From: Promethearchaeota archaeon
GTDB lineage: Archaea > Asgardarchaeota > Lokiarchaeia > Sigyniarchaeales > SOKP01
Assembly (NCBI GenBank): GCA_019058445.1
Contig: JAHPZA010000009.1
Location: 96,001-160,000, forward strand
Reading direction: 5' to 3'
Length of the DNA stretch: 64,000 nt
Shown here: one piece after another, positions 60,342-64,000 of the stretch
Numbering within the stretch: position 1 is the first letter of the stretch
Layout: the number at the start of each line of letters is the position of its first letter
Program-made: the position numbers and the translations under genes
Notes under the pieces: generated by a model
Databases searched by the model: none
Told to the model about the DNA's origin: nothing
What the model saw: the letters and a program-made list of their open reading frames with translations, nothing else

Positions 60342-62318
60342 ATGAATAATAGCGACATCCCTTCATATTACGATTATAGAGAGGTAATTGAAGATGAGGA
60401 TAATATTGAAATTAATGTTGATTCTGAAGTAGTGGTAAATAGCAGAACTCATATAAAAATAATATTTACGGCAAAAAAAGAATATCCTGTAAGAACCCAA
60501 TTCCGTTTTATTATACCATATGGATGGAGAGCAATCAATCTTCAAAATGATTTCTGCACTGTGGACTCTTCGGTTGAGGGAACCGTGAAAGCTTCAAATT
60601 CTCAGATTGAACTATTATATGTGTTAAAAGAACATATAAATAAAGGGGATGTCATCGAGTTTAATTATAATAAGTCTAAAACACAACACAGTGCGGGTGA
60701 ACTTGCATATTTTGATACGGTTTTTTGTGCTTTCGATGTCAAATATCCAAAAGATAAGTTATTTACTAGAATTAGTAAGAAAGAAATTAAAATGATTTCA
60801 GAAAAAGCTTCATTTTTTTTGGTAAAATTGCCCACTATTTACCATGGAGTTCCTGTTGACATTCAGATTGTTGCATTAGATAATTTTGGAAATAGAGATT
60901 ATAATTTCAATAGTGAAATTAATATTGAAGGAAATGATTGTCTTTCCTTCCCATATACTGCTGAAATGGAGCATGGTTATGCTAAACTCGAAGAATCATT
61001 AACTTTTAAAAACATTTGTGACAAACATACTAAAGTTAAAAATCTTTTAAGAGATAATAAAGGATATGAGGATTTTCCGGTTGTAAAAGAATTAAGATCT
61101 AATATAGGAAAACTTTATGTGTCTTGTGGAGATTTGAATGGAACATCTAATCCTATAGTATGGGATAACGATTATGCAAAGCAATCACTTCAAGTCTATT
61201 GGGGAGATACTCATATTCATACCAGAGAATTTTCAGATGGAATAGGGACTGGCAGAGATGGATTTCATTATGCTAAAAAAGAAATTCTTCATGATTTTGC
61301 AGCATTAGGAGATCATTTGAATCAAAGATTTAATCGGTGGATGGAAGGTAAAAAGACTGGTCTTTTTCCTTATACTCAACAAGTGTGGAGATCATTAGTA
61401 AATTTATGTAAGGAATTTACTGATGATAAGTTTTCAGCCATCCCGGCTTATGAATGGTCTGGACGTGTGATATATGCAAAACTACTTTTAAATTTAGATT
61501 GTCCCTACGATATGATTAGTGATAAAGTCATTCTTTTTCCTCTTAATTCGGCGAAAAATGCTCCTTTAATAGATTATGCCTCAAAAGAAGGCTGCTACCA
61601 AGATCAATTATATGAATCATTAAAAGGTATGGAATGCGCGATTATATCTCATACTCCGATTAGTTGGTCAATGGGAACGTCATGGTCCGAAGTCAATAAT
61701 GATTATGAAAAGGTAGTAGAAATTTATTCGCAACACGGTTCAAGTGAAGAATATGGAGGAGGGTATCGTCCTTTAATAACAAATAGAAAAGGATCTAGTG
61801 TTCAAGCAGCATTAAATAAAGGTTTTAAATTAGCATTCATAGGAGGTGGTGATGATCATTATACACATCCTGGACGATCTGTAAAACAGTATAAATTACG
61901 GAAAGTTGCCGCATCACTACGTTACAAACCAGGAATTGCTGGAATTTTCTCTGATCAATTGAATTCAATTAGCTTGATAAAAAGTCTCAATGAACGTAAA
62001 TGTTATGCTACGACGGGAAATAGGATGTGGATAAAAATAAAAATAAATTCAACTTTAATGGGGCAGCAAACTATCGTATCAGAGCCTCCTATAATTATCA
62101 TTACTGTCTGTGGGACAACTCAAGTAGAAAGCGTGGAATTAATAAAAAACGGAAAAGTAATTGCCGTGAGAGCTCCGGCAGATGATCGAATTAAATTTGC
62201 TTATAAAGATGATGAATTAAAATCTGGAGAAGAAGCATATTACTATATCCGAGTAACTCAATTTGATGGAGAGAGGGGTTGGAGTTCACCCATTTGGGTA
62301 AGAGCAAATTTTAATTAA
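60342..62318 (+). CDS. DUF3604 / CehA-McbA-like PHP-fold metallohydrolase
   Basis: YWGDTHIHT..FSDG, DFAALGDH, YEWS, EIYSQHG, GGDDH, YATTG.R and YYY.RV.Q.DG..WSSPIW. Confidence 0.82.
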   Translation: MNNSDIPSYYDYREVIEDEDNIEINVDSEVVVNSRTHIKIIFTAKKEYPVRTQFRFIIPYGWRAINLQNDFCTVDSSVEGTVKASNSQIELLYVLKEHINKGDVIEFNYNKSKTQHSAGELAYFDTVFCAFDVKYPKDKLFTRISKKEIKMISEKASFFLVKLPTIYHGVPVDIQIVALDNFGNRDYNFNSEINIEGNDCLSFPYTAEMEHGYAKLEESLTFKNICDKHTKVKNLLRDNKGYEDFPVVKELRSNIGKLYVSCGDLNGTSNPIVWDNDYAKQSLQVYWGDTHIHTREFSDGIGTGRDGFHYAKKEILHDFAALGDHLNQRFNRWMEGKKTGLFPYTQQVWRSLVNLCKEFTDDKFSAIPAYEWSGRVIYAKLLLNLDCPYDMISDKVILFPLNSAKNAPLIDYASKEGCYQDQLYESLKGMECAIISHTPISWSMGTSWSEVNNDYEKVVEIYSQHGSSEEYGGGYRPLITNRKGSSVQAALNKGFKLAFIGGGDDHYTHPGRSVKQYKLRKVAASLRYKPGIAGIFSDQLNSISLIKSLNERKCYATTGNRMWIKIKINSTLMGQQTIVSEPPIIIITVCGTTQVESVELIKNGKVIAVRAPADDRIKFAYKDDELKSGEEAYYYIRVTQFDGERGWSSPIWVRANFN

Positions 62319-62335
62319 GAAAAAAAATAGAAATA

Positions 62336-63190
62336 TTAAACTTCAATTTTTTCAGCATTATAAATATCTAAGGCTTGATCTACACTTTTTCCCTCAAATA
62401 TAGCTTTATAACCAAGAGCTTTATTAATCGGTTTAGGATCTTGAAAAATGTTCCTTCCAATTGCCATGCCATCTAAAATATGGATGATCTCGTAAGCTGT
62501 ATTATATGCAATTTGTACTGTATTTGCTTTTGCTCCTCCAGCTATTAAACAGAAAATATCTGGTGCATATTCCTTTACTTTTTTAAGCCCTTCGGTATTT
62601 TCCGGATAATATAACTTTACCATATCTGCTCCATTTTCGAAGGCCACCCTTGCAGCATATCTTACATTTTCCCATTTTCCCTCCTCTTCTTTTAATCGAG
62701 GATTATGCTGCCTTACATATGCCCACACTATTACCGGAAGTTGAAAGTTTCTTGCTTCTCTAACGATCTCAGCTAATTCTGTTAGTTGTTCAGTTTCTTT
62801 TTGACCTCCCACATATAAGCTGTAACCTACAGCAACTAAACTTGGACAAATTCCAAGGGCTTCTTGGACTGTACAATCTATTCCGCCATGCGGGGCCCTA
62901 TTATCATAAAATAATTCGGTTTTTCCATTGAGTTTAAGTACCATTGGGACATCGGGATGCCTATCAGCATACCGTATATAAGTCCCTTTATGTAATATTA
63001 ATGGAATGCCTGCTTTTTCTGCTATCGCCATTATATAATCTGGATTAGCAGCTTCAGGTATAGTGAAATCAGCCCGATGTTCAAATCCTTGATCGCAAGC
63101 AAGAAATAAAGCCTTATCACCAAGCTCTCCTTGAATTAGTATTTTTTCCATCCTAACTTTAAAACCAGTATAGGGATTCTTTAGCGACAT
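62336..63190 (-). CDS. Class I (DhnA/FbaB-type) aldolase
   Basis: LACDQGFEH, LKLNGKT, VWAY.R, GADMVK (Schiff-base Lys), AGG and GRNIFQ motifs. Confidence 0.88.
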   Translation of the reverse strand: MSLKNPYTGFKVRMEKILIQGELGDKALFLACDQGFEHRADFTIPEAANPDYIMAIAEKAGIPLILHKGTYIRYADRHPDVPMVLKLNGKTELFYDNRAPHGGIDCTVQEALGICPSLVAVGYSLYVGGQKETEQLTELAEIVREARNFQLPVIVWAYVRQHNPRLKEEEGKWENVRYAARVAFENGADMVKLYYPENTEGLKKVKEYAPDIFCLIAGGAKANTVQIAYNTAYEIIHILDGMAIGRNIFQDPKPINKALGYKAIFEGKSVDQALDIYNAEKIEV

Positions 63191-63312
63191 TTTTTTTAGA
63201 ACTTGTTTTAATTTGGATTATATTTTAATTATAACACTAATGAATTTAATTTTTAGCCATTATAATTATAAGCTTTGGACACTAATTGAAAAATAGTCTT
63301 TCGGAGAGAAAT

Positions 63313-64000
63313 ATGGTAGCCTATGATTTTGATAAGGATGTTCAAAAGGTATTTGATACATCATTTTCAGATATTCCATTTATAGATTGGAAAGAATGGT
63401 TAAATATTTCTTCTAAGGATGAATTCGAAACTTTAGCACTGAACCTTTCAGGTTTAGATAAAGTAAATGATTTATTAAATAGAATTAAAAAAGTAAAAAC
63501 AAACAGCAGAAGCTTCTCAGTAAACCTAGATCCCTATATTGAAGATTACGATGGTCTTGATCCTTTAATTTTGGTTCACACTTCAGGAACAACTGATAGT
63601 AGTTTGGCGGGGATTAAATGGTTTCATATGACAAAATCCACGATAGAAAGATTATGGGCACCGGGAATGCGCGCAATATTCGAATCTAGCGGCTTAACCT
63701 CAAAAGATTCTGCTGTAATATTTGTTCCTTCAAGATTAAAGCTTGATGGAATTAATGAATCTAACAATAGTCAATATATTTCTTTATATTCTTCTGAATT
63801 TTCTCAAAGAGTTATGCTCACTGCAATTAAACCTATTTCATATTTACTGTATGAATACAAGAATTCGAAAAATTTAGCAATTATAGCAAAAATATTATCT
63901 CTTGAAAACTTGTCAGTTATTTCAGCTCCCGCAGCTACTATTCTGGGATGGGCAAATATCGATAAATTCCGTGAGGGATTAAAAAAATCTATAGAAAATA
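63313..64000 (+). CDS. Adenylate-forming enzyme-like protein (PaaK/GH3-type), 3'-truncated by window edge
   Basis: ATG 63313 after a GGAG SD; frame open to the window end; LVHTSGTT...K P-loop-like motif. Confidence 0.6.
   Translation, partial: MVAYDFDKDVQKVFDTSFSDIPFIDWKEWLNISSKDEFETLALNLSGLDKVNDLLNRIKKVKTNSRSFSVNLDPYIEDYDGLDPLILVHTSGTTDSSLAGIKWFHMTKSTIERLWAPGMRAIFESSGLTSKDSAVIFVPSRLKLDGINESNNSQYISLYSSEFSQRVMLTAIKPISYLLYEYKNSKNLAIIAKILSLENLSVISAPAATILGWANIDKFREGLKKSIEN

Overview
This is low-GC (roughly 30% by eye), gene-dense archaeal chromosomal DNA, most consistent with an Asgard archaeon of the Lokiarchaeia (Promethearchaeota). The assignment is inferred from a Cdc6/Orc1, an archaeal XerA, GGTGA/GAGGT ribosome-binding motifs and several eukaryotic-signature-type proteins: a profilin, a gelsolin-domain protein, an IFT52/GldG (GIFT)-domain protein and C4HC3 PHD/RING-like fingers. 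I found no rRNA, tRNA, CRISPR array or transposase. In order, the window holds: (1) a CheB C-terminus and an oxidative-stress group (rubrerythrin, desulfoferrodoxin, MsrA, FprA, TrxB). (2) An ArsR regulator divergent from an unannotated 52-aa Cys-rich peptide and two tandem ABC-2 exporter pairs. (3) Membrane and SAM methyltransferases, XerA, Cdc6 and a GC-richer arylsulfatase. (4) A C-terminally extended profilin between two ~79% identical 102-bp direct repeats that duplicate the 3' end of the upstream gene. (5) TldDE, AbfD, PurA, a B12-binding protein with a MacB/LolCDE-type ABC system, and a racemase plus serine-hydrolase cluster. (6) A block of Asgard-type proteins at 49-59 kb: two vWA + C4HC3-finger paralogues, a TrmB-like coiled-coil protein, a PssA-like lipid synthase divergent from a Zn-ribbon-LURP1/scramblase-fold protein, a gelsolin-HeH fusion and a Zn-ribbon-HEAT protein. 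The best candidates for undescribed biology are the lipid-synthase/scramblase-fold/gelsolin-HeH locus, the repeat-flanked profilin cassette, the vWA-finger pair and the Cys-peptide/twin-exporter locus. All family calls come from motif recognition by eye, not from database searches.
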